A stretch of DNA of 30,436 nucleotides, taken from IMG/VR virus record IMGVR_UViG_2693429557_000019; one strand, given 5' to 3'. Under the pieces are notes generated by a model. It did no database searches. It saw nothing but the letters and a program-made list of their open reading frames with translations, and was not told the DNA's origin. Below are positions 9,078-18,102 of the stretch, piece after piece. Both the position numbers and the translations under genes were made by a program. Numbering within the stretch: the first letter of the stretch is position 1; the number at the start of each line of letters is the position of its first letter. Source of the stretch: a virus. Its lineage: Duplodnaviria > Heunggongvirae > Uroviricota > Caudoviricetes.

Positions 9078-11396
9078 TTATACCTGTGCCACGTTATACC
9101 AAGTCCCGTTAATGTATTTCTGCACCGGTCTGTAATATACGCCACCAATGTTATCGGCAGAGTTTGAGCCGGTATCCTGAACAATAATGCCGGAATATAC
9201 ACACCCGGACGGTGCCTGATGTGTCCATGTCATACCATTGTTCGCAGGTTTGTATGTGGCAGCACCACCAAGCCGGATATCCCGGACATAGCGTGAATCA
9301 AAGTTGCCATAGTTAGATGGTGATACCTGCCCGTTAACAGCAAAAGTGATGCTGTTATCTGTATTTCTCTGACTGTAAAAATGCCAGCCTGCATCATCAC
9401 CTAATTCAGCCACCACAGGACGACTTGAGTTTCCCCACAAATTGAATGCGGCTTCCTTCGTGGATGTATTGCTGCTGCTGACCGTGAACTTTTTCCCGCT
9501 ACCGGCACGTACTTTGGTACTTGAGACAATATCACCTGTAACACTCAGGCCATGCCCCATTGACACTCCGCCATTGGCGTTATTGATAGTCAGCGGTCTT
9601 AAGCCGTTCCATGTCCCAAATTTATCGCCAGAGGCCGTCAGCATTAAATATGTGCTGCCGCCATCATTCCTGATAAAGAATCCATAATTGCCATAAGCAA
9701 TGCGCAGACCATTAGCACTGAGTGATGTAATTTCACCTCTTGAACGGAGACCATAAGCGGAGCTGAGTGATAATTCTTCCTGAGCGTCATTGTTTCCTGT
9801 CGCCCAGCGAATTACCCCGCCCTGAACTGTTTCATGCCAGATAGTATCTCCTTCTCCACCACGAAACTTTCTGAGATATTTTTTGCCGCCTCTGGTGCCT
9901 GAACATAAGGCCGTAGACATATAGGCATTCTGGCTTCCGCCATCCTGATTAATCGTTCCGGTCATTGAGTCGCCCTGACGATTCCAGTCACGACGCCAGC
10001 CGGGGGAGTAGCCGTCCCCATGATTTATGTAAGTGAATTGCGCGCTGGTTGTACCGCCACCGCTTGATGTTGTTGGCGTGGTCACTCGGATAGTGATTGC
10101 AGATTTAGTTCCCATGACCTCGACGACACAACCAGCCAGGTGGATATCACCACATCCGGTATCCGTAATGATTTTGTTATTTGCATATGACCAGGAGCCT
10201 TTGCACATCCAGTACGGATGATTAAATGCACCACGGGAATCCAGCCATTCAATAAACTGAGCGGTTGTCCAGTTTCCGGCTTCAGTGCTCAAAGCGCCGC
10301 TATAAGCACGACAGGCACCGATATTTTTCGTGAAGGTATCCTTTCCCGGAATATCCGCACCGTTCTGATCTTTCTGAAGACGTTTTTCAGCATTGTCATA
10401 GGCAGACTTCACTGCTTTTGGCGTTGCGGCCAGCGTTTCAGAATCGCTGTTGATGGCACTACTTAGCTGGACAAGACCTTTTCGCGCTGTGGTGGCATCC
10501 TGTGCAGTGTATTTCCCGTTAGCAAGGTCATACGCTGTCTTAACCGCCTTTGGTGTTGCCGCAAGCGTTTCAGAATCGCTGTTGGTGGCGCTACTGAGCT
10601 GGACAAGACCTTTTCGCGCTGTAGTGGCGTCCTGTGCAGTGTATTTCCCGTTAGCAAGGTCATACGCTGTCTTAACCGCCTTTGGCGTTGCCGCAAGCGT
10701 TTCAGACGTGCTGTTGGTGGCACTACTGAGCTGGACAAGACCTTTTCGAGCTGTGGTAGCGTCCTGTGCGGTATATTTCCCGTTAGCAAGGTCATAGGCG
10801 GCCTTTACCGCTTTCGGCGTTGCGGCCAGTGTTTCAGACGTGCTGTTGGTCGCACTGCTTAACTGAGTAAAACCTTTTGCGGTCAGCGAGGCGTCCGGGT
10901 GACGTCGTGACTGTTCGTGCTCTGCAATTTTGTCATCAACGTAATCCTGTGTCGCCATCACCGTTGTGGTGTCAATGGTCAGCTCCACCGAGGCCACACT
11001 GCTGACGATGATGACCATGCGACAGGTCTGCGAACGCCCTGAGCCTTCGGCAAGAGCTGGCTTATAACTTTCGGCCATGTTCGCCACGGCAATTAACGTT
11101 CCCGCATCATCGTACAGGCCAAGCTCACGCATCCAGAAACCGCCCACCTCCGGCGGAATAACCAGCTCTGCGATAATATAATTACTGTTTCGTTTGTCCT
11201 GGCTGATTTTGTTCAGCGTATGTCGCCAGACTTCGTGGATAAGCCCGGTCTGTCCGGCATCCGGGACAGGCAATTTACCACCGCCATCCCCGACGGCCAT
11301 CGTGGTAATGTTGACCTTCCGCCCTCCCGGTGCGGTTGCCGCTGCCAGCTTTGCTGCACCGGCAGTGGTGATAACGGTTCTGAATTTTGTGCTCAT
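9078..11396 (-). CDS. H: Tail fiber protein H, 772 aa
   Basis: N-terminus MSTKFRTVITTAGAAKLAAA is P2 H-like as I recall it. Contains tandem 44-aa repeats (GLVQLSSATNS...TPKAVK.AYD) of the phage tail-fiber repeat type. Positioned between I and G. Confidence 0.9.
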   Translation of the reverse strand: MSTKFRTVITTAGAAKLAAATAPGGRKVNITTMAVGDGGGKLPVPDAGQTGLIHEVWRHTLNKISQDKRNSNYIIAELVIPPEVGGFWMRELGLYDDAGTLIAVANMAESYKPALAEGSGRSQTCRMVIIVSSVASVELTIDTTTVMATQDYVDDKIAEHEQSRRHPDASLTAKGFTQLSSATNSTSETLAATPKAVKAAYDLANGKYTAQDATTARKGLVQLSSATNSTSETLAATPKAVKTAYDLANGKYTAQDATTARKGLVQLSSATNSDSETLAATPKAVKTAYDLANGKYTAQDATTARKGLVQLSSAINSDSETLAATPKAVKSAYDNAEKRLQKDQNGADIPGKDTFTKNIGACRAYSGALSTEAGNWTTAQFIEWLDSRGAFNHPYWMCKGSWSYANNKIITDTGCGDIHLAGCVVEVMGTKSAITIRVTTPTTSSGGGTTSAQFTYINHGDGYSPGWRRDWNRQGDSMTGTINQDGGSQNAYMSTALCSGTRGGKKYLRKFRGGEGDTIWHETVQGGVIRWATGNNDAQEELSLSSAYGLRSRGEITSLSANGLRIAYGNYGFFIRNDGGSTYLMLTASGDKFGTWNGLRPLTINNANGGVSMGHGLSVTGDIVSSTKVRAGSGKKFTVSSSNTSTKEAAFNLWGNSSRPVVAELGDDAGWHFYSQRNTDNSITFAVNGQVSPSNYGNFDSRYVRDIRLGGAATYKPANNGMTWTHQAPSGCVYSGIIVQDTGSNSADNIGGVYYRPVQKYINGTWYNVAQV
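10392..10898 (-). repeat. About 3.8 tandem copies of a 132-bp (44-aa) near-identical repeat inside gene H
   Basis: The string gtttcag recurs at 10435, 10567, 10699 and 10831 (period 132 bp) with near-identical flanking sequence. Protein shows four repeats of AQDATTARKGLVQLSSATNS.SETLAATPKAVK.AYDLANGKYT. Confidence 0.85.
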
Positions 11397-11406
11397 TATT
11401 CCTCAC

Positions 11407-11937
11407 TTATCCGGGGTAAACCGTAATTACATCGCCGTCGTAAGCCACACCACCGGCGAACAGGTAGCCGGGAATGTCCCGGGTAATGTTCAGGCCAATA
11501 AGATGACGGCTTGCAGGTTTGGCATCAGCAATAAGCCGTTCCATTTCCTGATACATTGCCTCTGTGATGCCGCTTTCCAGTACACCAATATCAAGCCGGA
11601 AGGTGCCGGGCGGGTCACTGTTTTCCCACCACTCCGTCACGTTGATGAGATAGCCGAGCGGCTCCACCACACGCCGGATTGCGCCGATAGTGCCTTTATG
11701 ACAGTGGATGAAATAGGCATCGCGGATAACGGCGCGTTTTGTCGCTTCCGGCCACTTTTCATCCCACCTGTCGACCGAAAACGCCCACGCCAGCCACGGC
11801 AGCAGATTTGCCGGACAGGTATCCGGGTTCCACAGTTCACGAATCCTGACCGGCGTTTTTTCAATTTCCGCACAGGCTTTTGCGGCGGCAACTTCAAGCG
11901 GTGATGAGCCGGTCGGCAGCAGTCGCGAATCACTCAT
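11407..11937 (-). CDS. I: Baseplate assembly protein I, 176 aa
   Basis: 176-aa ORF between J and H; size and order match P2. Confidence 0.85.
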   Translation of the reverse strand: MSDSRLLPTGSSPLEVAAAKACAEIEKTPVRIRELWNPDTCPANLLPWLAWAFSVDRWDEKWPEATKRAVIRDAYFIHCHKGTIGAIRRVVEPLGYLINVTEWWENSDPPGTFRLDIGVLESGITEAMYQEMERLIADAKPASRHLIGLNITRDIPGYLFAGGVAYDGDVITVYPG

Positions 11938-12838
11938 CCGAGCCTCCGGTCACGACGCGGTATTCGGTACAGAAAGACGCCTGCGTACTGTTGAGCACGA
12001 TGTCGGCCAGCGGTGCAGTCAGTTCGACACGCTGCACGCCTTCCACATGCAAAGCGGCATAAATGGCAGACAGACGGATGTCGCGCCCCAGCCGGTGCTG
12101 TGCCGTGATGTACGCTTCCAGTTTTTTCACGGCAGCAGCGCGTATGGGTTCGCTTTCGGGACCAGGGTAAAGGTAAAGCGTGGCGTTTATCTGGTATTCA
12201 ACGATGGCGGCAGACTGCACGGTCACGCGGTCGGCCACCGGCCTGACGTCCTCACCATTAAGGGCGTTACGCACCACCGCCAGCAGGTCTTCGGATGCGA
12301 CACCGTTATTTTCACGTGACAGCACAGAGATGGTGACGCAGGCCGGAGACGGACTGGTTACAGAAATATCCGCGACACGCCCGTCGGCACTGCGACCATG
12401 ATACTGATAGGCCCCCACCGACCCGGCGACGCTTAAACCTTCAAACGCCTGCTGAATACGCAGACGATAATCCGTGTCAGATTCCATCACTGCCGGTGTC
12501 GGCGGGAGGGTCGAATCATCTGCCGGGGTGATAATCAGGCGCGTGGTGTTGTAATTGGCACCAATCACATCAAGGTCATTACCGGCGGCACAGGCCAGCA
12601 TTACCGCCCGTGCGGCCTCATTCACACGCTGACGCCAGATAAGCTCACGATAAGCATTTTCCTCCAGCAGTTTGACGAGAGGCTCGGATTCCAGCGTCAG
12701 GGTACGGGCGACCGCCTCCTGCTGGTCTTCCGGGTAAAGGGAAATCAGTGTCGCCTTGCGTTCGGCAAGAATGGTTTCAAAGTCCAGCTCCTCGACCACA
12801 TCCGGTGCGGGTAGCTGGTTCAGGTCGATAATCGGCAT
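11930..12838 (-). CDS. J: Baseplate assembly protein J, 302 aa
   Basis: 302-aa ORF; size and position match P2 gpJ. Confidence 0.88.
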   Translation of the reverse strand: MPIIDLNQLPAPDVVEELDFETILAERKATLISLYPEDQQEAVARTLTLESEPLVKLLEENAYRELIWRQRVNEAARAVMLACAAGNDLDVIGANYNTTRLIITPADDSTLPPTPAVMESDTDYRLRIQQAFEGLSVAGSVGAYQYHGRSADGRVADISVTSPSPACVTISVLSRENNGVASEDLLAVVRNALNGEDVRPVADRVTVQSAAIVEYQINATLYLYPGPESEPIRAAAVKKLEAYITAQHRLGRDIRLSAIYAALHVEGVQRVELTAPLADIVLNSTQASFCTEYRVVTGGSDE

Positions 12839-12842
12839 GGTT

Positions 12843-13190
12843 TCAACTCACAGGGATGGTTAACGAAAGTGGCTGGCCGGTGTCGTTGTGCTGGCCGGTT
12901 AACGTGACCGTCATTCGCCCGTCAAAGCTGCGCGCCGTGGTGACGGATGACAGGGTGACGCGGGCTTCCCATTTCAGCACGGCCATGTAACAGGCGACCT
13001 TAATCTGCAACTCAAGCGCCGGGGTCTGCGGCTGGTCAATCATTGACGCCAGCAACGAGCCGTAATCACGACGCATCACCCGTGAGCCGACCGGCGTGCG
13101 CAGGATATCGCCGATACTCTGGCTGATATGCTCAAGGTCAGAGACAGTCAGGCCATCACTGCGATTCATTCCGAGATAACGCGCTGTCAT
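12843..13190 (-). CDS. W: Baseplate wedge protein W, 115 aa
   Basis: 115-aa ORF; size and position V-W-J match P2. Confidence 0.85.
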   Translation of the reverse strand: MTARYLGMNRSDGLTVSDLEHISQSIGDILRTPVGSRVMRRDYGSLLASMIDQPQTPALELQIKVACYMAVLKWEARVTLSSVTTARSFDGRMTVTLTGQHNDTGQPLSLTIPVS

Positions 13191-13822
13191 AGAGGACTCC
13201 CGGTTGTGCCGCCGCTGTCGCCGGGGTGTTTATGGGTATGCAGTACCTTCCCGTTTGATGAGAGTTCACCGCCGGTGTGTTCAATGTTGCCGCGCATCGT
13301 CCCGCCCTTCTGCACTTCCAGCGTGCCAGTGATCAGCTTGTTTGTGCAGACCACCTCCGGCGTGTCCAGAGTGACGCGGGTTGATGCTTTCACCGTGACC
13401 ACCGGCACCGTGGCAGTAACAGAATCAGAAGCCGTCACGCTGGCCGTTTTAATTCCGCTTACCGTGAGTGCACTGGTTTCAGGTTCATACTCAATCACCG
13501 CCCCGTCAGGGAAACGGATATGCAGGGCATCCGCCGACGCAGACGGCGCGGGGTTATCACCGGAATAAATCCCCGGCAGAACGAACGCCGTGTCGAGTTC
13601 ACCGCCTACGGCCAGAATCAGCACCTGTTCCCCCACGGAAGGTGCCCACCATGTGCGCGAACGTCCGGCGCGATGGGTCAGCCACTGAAGCCAGTCGGTG
13701 CACATGCCGCCGGTCTGCACACGGCAGCGACCGGCATTAAGGTCGGTTTCGACGATAATGCCGGTGCGGATCATGTTGCGCAGTGCGCGCGCGAGTTCCT
13801 GAATATTTGCGAGAGTGTTCAT
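13187..13822 (-). CDS. V: Baseplate spike protein V, 211 aa
   Basis: 211-aa ORF; size and position match P2 gpV. Confidence 0.85.
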   Translation of the reverse strand: MNTLANIQELARALRNMIRTGIIVETDLNAGRCRVQTGGMCTDWLQWLTHRAGRSRTWWAPSVGEQVLILAVGGELDTAFVLPGIYSGDNPAPSASADALHIRFPDGAVIEYEPETSALTVSGIKTASVTASDSVTATVPVVTVKASTRVTLDTPEVVCTNKLITGTLEVQKGGTMRGNIEHTGGELSSNGKVLHTHKHPGDSGGTTGSPL

Positions 13823-13888
13823 AACGGGAAGGATGCCGCCGGGTCATACCGGCGGCAATGTGACGATGAGGTGTCAGGAATGGCACAA

Positions 13889-14341
13889 CTAACGGTCGAG
13901 GTGAGCCAGGATAATCTCTTCAATCATCTGCACATCCTCACCGGTAAAGCCGAGCAGGGGACGCGCCGGATAATGAATTTTCTTACCGTCTTTCCGGGTT
14001 TCTTCCGACAGACCGAACTGATGCACACTGGCTATTTTCGGTGACTTCCCGCCGTAAAACTCCATTGATGCCTGTTCAGGGCTGGCGCGGATATGCAAAA
14101 AACGACTGGTGATAAGTTTCGCAAACATTTTTCGCTTAACGCGACCGGTCTTTTTTCTGGCGCTCTGCTGCTGGCGTGGTGCGTAGGGTGTGCCGTCCGG
14201 GGCTTTCTGTGCCATCACCCGACGCTGCTGACTCTGACGCAGACGTTTCGCCAGTTCGGCGCTCAGTCGCCGACGCCCTGACGGTGACAGCGACTCAATA
14301 AGTCCGGTCAGCCTGTCTTCAAAACGCTTAAACTCATTCAT
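13889..14341 (-). CDS. S: Tail completion protein S, 150 aa
   Basis: 150-aa ORF; size and R-S order match P2. Confidence 0.85.
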   Translation of the reverse strand: MNEFKRFEDRLTGLIESLSPSGRRRLSAELAKRLRQSQQRRVMAQKAPDGTPYAPRQQQSARKKTGRVKRKMFAKLITSRFLHIRASPEQASMEFYGGKSPKIASVHQFGLSEETRKDGKKIHYPARPLLGFTGEDVQMIEEIILAHLDR

Positions 14342-14801
14342 CCCACTTACTCACCAGTTCGCCATTGATATAAAGCTCCATCGGGCGGGTGACCGGCTCC
14401 GGCGGCGGAGGTTCCGGGATATTCTTCACATGCAGCGCGCCGTCCACCTCACTGACCAGCGTGCGCTCGGTCAGCATCAGGCTGATGCTGATATCAAAGC
14501 TGCTGTCATTGTTGATGTCTGCATAAAACGTGAAGCCCTTTTTCTGGCCTTCGTCGGTGGTCATGATGTCGGGCTGATTTTCCCGCAGCCACGCCAGCAC
14601 CGGCACGATGAGCAGGTCAAAATCACCGGTAAAGTCGGTCACAATCACGTTGAGCGTGTAACGCTTTTCGAATGACAGCGACGTCGCCAGTGTGGAGGCA
14701 ATACTCCCGTTATCCACGAATATCCGCAGCATCTCGGGGCTTGTTTTCAGCACCGTGACGGCATCAGTCAGCGCCCTGCGCAGGCTGTCGGGTTTGAGCA
14801 T
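14334..14801 (-). CDS. R: Tail completion protein R, 155 aa
   Basis: 155-aa ORF; size and position match P2 gpR. Confidence 0.85.
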   Translation of the reverse strand: MLKPDSLRRALTDAVTVLKTSPEMLRIFVDNGSIASTLATSLSFEKRYTLNVIVTDFTGDFDLLIVPVLAWLRENQPDIMTTDEGQKKGFTFYADINNDSSFDISISLMLTERTLVSEVDGALHVKNIPEPPPPEPVTRPMELYINGELVSKWDE

Positions 14802-15054
14802 CGTTTTCGTCCTGACAGTGTTTAATCATTTTTACCTGGCTGGCACAGCGTGCCAGCGCGTTCTCAAGCTGCCGGATATCAGCACTTAAATCGCCGTTCG
14901 TCTGCGGGTCACTGCCCGGCATCGGGCAAAGGCTCACTTTCGGGCAGGCGTTGTGGACAATCACTGGCGTCTGCGCAGGCTGTGCGCTGGTGCAACCGGC
15001 GCACAGCATCAGGCAGGTCAGCACCGTACCAGCGGCGAAAATCTTCGTTTTCAT
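14764..15054 (-). CDS. lysC: LysC, outer-membrane lipoprotein spanin (Rz1-like) embedded in the +1 frame of lysB, about 96 aa
   Basis: Internal start MKTKIFAAGTVLTCLMLCAGCTS gives a signal peptide with a lipobox (LCAGC). Pro-rich mature region. The reading frame lies largely inside lysB, as in Rz/Rz1 pairs. Confidence 0.65.
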   Translation of the reverse strand: MKTKIFAAGTVLTCLMLCAGCTSAQPAQTPVIVHNACPKVSLCPMPGSDPQTNGDLSADIRQLENALARCASQVKMIKHCQDENDAQTRQPAQGAD

Positions 15055-15334
15055 TAAGTAACCTCGTGATGGTTTTCTCGCGCTGAGCTTCACGCTTCGC
15101 GGCGTTCTCCAGTTCCTGACGCAGTGCCACCTGCGCCAGCTCGTTTTTGTCTGCCCTGGTGAGGGCAACATGAAGCTGGTTTTTCAGCATGGTGATGGTC
15201 GTCTGCTGTTCACTGGCGACGTTGTTCGCCCTGTCCAGCAAGGCGCGCAGGCTGGCATTTTTGTGTTTCACCAGAAACAGACCGGCCACCGCCAGCGATA
15301 ACAACACAACCAGCACAATCATCAGTTTTGACAT
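14909..15334 (-). CDS. lysB: LysB, inner-membrane spanin (Rz-like), 141 aa
   Basis: N-terminal transmembrane segment (LMIVLVVLLSLAVAGLFLV) followed by a coiled-coil-rich periplasmic domain. Position after lysA matches P2. Confidence 0.8.
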   Translation of the reverse strand: MSKLMIVLVVLLSLAVAGLFLVKHKNASLRALLDRANNVASEQQTTITMLKNQLHVALTRADKNELAQVALRQELENAAKREAQREKTITRLLNENEDFRRWYGADLPDAVRRLHQRTACADASDCPQRLPESEPLPDAGQ

Positions 15335-15747
15335 GGTTCCCGCCCCTCAAGACGCTGACGGCAGGCCGTACGTATCAGCCGGAAAAACAGCGATGCCACG
15401 AGATAAATCAGTGCGGTAAAAATCCACCCGGCAGCGACCAGCGAGATAAACGTCGCCACCATCACCATCAGAGCCGCTGCCCGTCTGCGCCACGGCACCG
15501 GCTGCAAAAACAGCGACGTGACAATCTTCACGGCCAGCGATTCCGGCGGCAGCTCCCGCCCGTAGCGTTCCAGCACATACTCCGCGGCATACACGCCGAC
15601 ACCACCGGCAATCACACAGATAACCGTCGCCAGAATCGCCCATGCAGCGACAAAACTGACGGCCACGCTCTGCGGGTAAATCAGGGACAGTGCCAGCATC
15701 AGCGCCAGCGACACGTTCAGCATCAGTGAAAGGGATAATTTCTTCAT
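15322..15747 (-). CDS. lysA: LysA, membrane protein affecting lysis timing, 141 aa
   Basis: Highly hydrophobic 141-aa ORF with several predicted TM segments, between K and lysB as in P2. Confidence 0.75.
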   Translation of the reverse strand: MKKLSLSLMLNVSLALMLALSLIYPQSVAVSFVAAWAILATVICVIAGGVGVYAAEYVLERYGRELPPESLAVKIVTSLFLQPVPWRRRAAALMVMVATFISLVAAGWIFTALIYLVASLFFRLIRTACRQRLEGREPCQN

Positions 15748-15761
15748 GGTGTTTACTCCGT

Positions 15762-16259
15762 TTAAGCCGGTACGCCGCCAGCGGTGCGCCAGACGGTGAC
15801 CAGTTTTTCCAGTGAATGCTCACGCTGACCGTAACCGGCACCCGGCAGGGACGCCCAGATATTGCGACAGCGTGAAATGGCGCGCTCAATGCGTCCCGCC
15901 CGGATGTCATCCAGTGCACCGCGTTCGCGGATCAACTGAATGGCGAGCCTGTCCTGTGACAACGGACTGAAATCCGGCAGGGCAAGCTGTTTGCGGTAGT
16001 GCGGCCAGAACAGGTAAAGCTGCTGATAGCGACCGGAGGCCGTGGATTTTTCACCGCGACGGTTAAACACCTTCGCCGGTCGGCCATGTGCGAACGGGTG
16101 GTCACTGTAGTCGGTGAAGATTTCCGGCTTCCCGTCCAGTCCGGTGACTATCACGTCATAGCCCCGGTTTTTCGTCAGCGGATGATTCGCCGTCCCTTCG
16201 GACACGGCCAGCATGTCGAGAAAGGCGGCGATATTCTGATGTGTGCTAATTACCGGCAT
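15762..16259 (-). CDS. K: Endolysin K (lysozyme-like murein hydrolase), 165 aa
   Basis: 165-aa ORF directly downstream of holin Y; size and position match P2 gpK. Confidence 0.88.
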   Translation of the reverse strand: MPVISTHQNIAAFLDMLAVSEGTANHPLTKNRGYDVIVTGLDGKPEIFTDYSDHPFAHGRPAKVFNRRGEKSTASGRYQQLYLFWPHYRKQLALPDFSPLSQDRLAIQLIRERGALDDIRAGRIERAISRCRNIWASLPGAGYGQREHSLEKLVTVWRTAGGVPA

Positions 16260-16540
16260 TACGGTTTCCCCCTGCCCTTAAAGCGGCGCTGAATGGCAAT
16301 CTCAATCACCTGATAACCGGCGATACCCAGCATGGAGCCGATGCCGCACACCGCAGGCAGTGACAGGTCAGGAAACTGCACCAGAACAACACCGGCAACC
16401 ATCGAGACAAAACCACCGAGCAACATGCGCCCGATAAACAGACGCGGAGTGATGGGTTCACCACCGGCAAGCACCTTGCCGACAACAATCAGCACCCCAA
16501 TCATGAAAAGCGACAGGACGCTTTTTTCTTCTGCTGTCAT
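16259..16540 (-). CDS. Y: Holin Y, 93 aa
   Basis: 93-aa ORF with hydrophobic TM segments and a charged C-terminus (RRFKGRGKP); position X-Y-K matches P2. Confidence 0.85.
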   Translation of the reverse strand: MTAEEKSVLSLFMIGVLIVVGKVLAGGEPITPRLFIGRMLLGGFVSMVAGVVLVQFPDLSLPAVCGIGSMLGIAGYQVIEIAIQRRFKGRGKP

Positions 16541-16543
16541 GCG

Positions 16544-16747
16544 TTACTCCCACAGATTGACAGTTTCAGCCACGGGCGCGGTCTGAACGTCGGGCAGTTC
16601 GACGGCGGTGCCGTGTGGCAGCACCGCCCCCAGTTCAGCCAGTCCCGGATTTGCGGCGAGCACGGCCTCGACCACGCCCTCAGTGCGCCCGTAATACCGA
16701 ACACAAATGGCGTCGAGCGTGTCGCCCTGTAGCGCAAAGGTCTTCAT
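16544..16747 (-). CDS. X: Tail protein X, 67 aa
   Basis: ORF-track ORF trimmed to the Met at MKTFALQGDTLD, giving 67 aa, the size I recall for P2 gpX. ATG confirmed as cat at 16745..16747 on the plus strand. Confidence 0.8.
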   Translation of the reverse strand: MKTFALQGDTLDAICVRYYGRTEGVVEAVLAANPGLAELGAVLPHGTAVELPDVQTAPVAETVNLWE

Positions 16748-17256
16748 CAGATTTGACTCACGATGCAGCGCGGCTTGTCCTGGATACGCGCCACCGCCCA
16801 GCGCATATCCCGCCACAGCTCATCAATGGTGCTGTCAATGCTGTCGGCCTTCTTGTCGCCCTTGGCACTGGCATCCACGCCGCGGTAACGCTCATAAAGC
16901 GACGCGGTCGCCATCGCACACACAGCGCGCTCGTAGTAAAAAACTTTGATGCTTTCACCGTCGATGTCGTCCGCCGGGACGTCAGCCAGACGCGAAAAAC
17001 CGGCAGCAATTTTCTGTTCGCGGTACTCGTACAGCTCCGCATTCGTCTCCGCCATGCCTGACTTGATGGCCTCACGCAGACGGGCGGGGGCGACGGTCTG
17101 CTCAAGGCGCATACGTTCCCGGACGCGCTTCGGGTCAATATCGGGAAAAAAGAACGTGTTTTTAATCACCGGCTCGTCGCCTGCCGGTTGCGGGATAACC
17201 ACCGTACCCTCACCGGACACGGGAGCCTCCTTTCGCGGAATAATCAGCGTCATCAT
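16747..17256 (-). CDS. L: Capsid completion protein L, 169 aa
   Basis: ORF trimmed to the Met at MMTLIIPRKEA (cat at 17254..17256), giving 169 aa as I recall for P2 gpL. Positioned between M and X. Confidence 0.85.
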   Translation of the reverse strand: MMTLIIPRKEAPVSGEGTVVIPQPAGDEPVIKNTFFFPDIDPKRVRERMRLEQTVAPARLREAIKSGMAETNAELYEYREQKIAAGFSRLADVPADDIDGESIKVFYYERAVCAMATASLYERYRGVDASAKGDKKADSIDSTIDELWRDMRWAVARIQDKPRCIVSQI

Positions 17257-17355
17257 GACTACCTCTGAAAAGTCGGGCGGTGGACGCCGGTGCAGTGTCA
17301 GGTGATTCACCGTCACTGACCGGCGTGCCGCCCTGGCGCGGGGCGCATTCGGTTG

Positions 17356-18099
17356 TTAACTGGCTTTCTTTTTCGGGCGTCCACGTTTTGCCGGTGTCAC
17401 GCTCCGGGTCTTACGCGGAGTGCGGGTGGCCGCTTTGGGCTGCGGCTCCGGCTTCGGTTTCAGCTCCCGCTCCAGTCGTTCAATCTCTTTTTTGACGCCT
17501 GCCTGACAGTCGAGCTGTGTCGCACGTTGCAGGTGTACCAGCGCACCTGCGGCATCACCAGCGTCACGCAGAAACAGACCGGTGATTTTGTGCAGCTTTG
17601 CGCGCACTTCATCAGGCATGTCAGCCGTGGCGGTCAGTTCGAGGGTGTCCGTCAGCAGGCGGGGATCCACAGACTCACCGGCAGCGTGAGCGCGCATGGC
17701 CGCAAGCGCCACCTCCTCGGTGAACATGTACGGCGGGGTGCGGCGGTGTTTACCCGGCATGGTCAGACCGTACTTCAGGGCATAACGGGCAATCTCCAGC
17801 GCACCGGCAATATCGCCGGTATCCAGACGCCACAGCATGACCGTCATCAGAATGTCATCCTGTGCACCTTTGCCCTGCTCCAGCACGCCGTTCACCCACG
17901 GCAACCAGAACGGCAGCAGTTCGCGTTTTTTCGCGGCCTTCAGCTCTTTTGAATAAATCGCTTTCAGTGTGCGCTGGTCTGCGGCCAGCTTGACCAGCAT
18001 CTGCTCATAGACAGTTGCATGTCGCAGCGGGGCGGCTTCCCGCTGCGCGGTCATCGCTGCCGAGACCCGCATCATGTGGCGCTGTGCGGGACTCGTCAT
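17356..18099 (-). CDS. M: Terminase endonuclease (small) subunit M, 247 aa
   Basis: 247-aa ORF with a basic C-terminal tail; size and N-M-L order match P2. Confidence 0.88.
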   Translation of the reverse strand: MTSPAQRHMMRVSAAMTAQREAAPLRHATVYEQMLVKLAADQRTLKAIYSKELKAAKKRELLPFWLPWVNGVLEQGKGAQDDILMTVMLWRLDTGDIAGALEIARYALKYGLTMPGKHRRTPPYMFTEEVALAAMRAHAAGESVDPRLLTDTLELTATADMPDEVRAKLHKITGLFLRDAGDAAGALVHLQRATQLDCQAGVKKEIERLERELKPKPEPQPKAATRTPRKTRSVTPAKRGRPKKKAS

Positions 18100-18102
18100 C
18101 GG

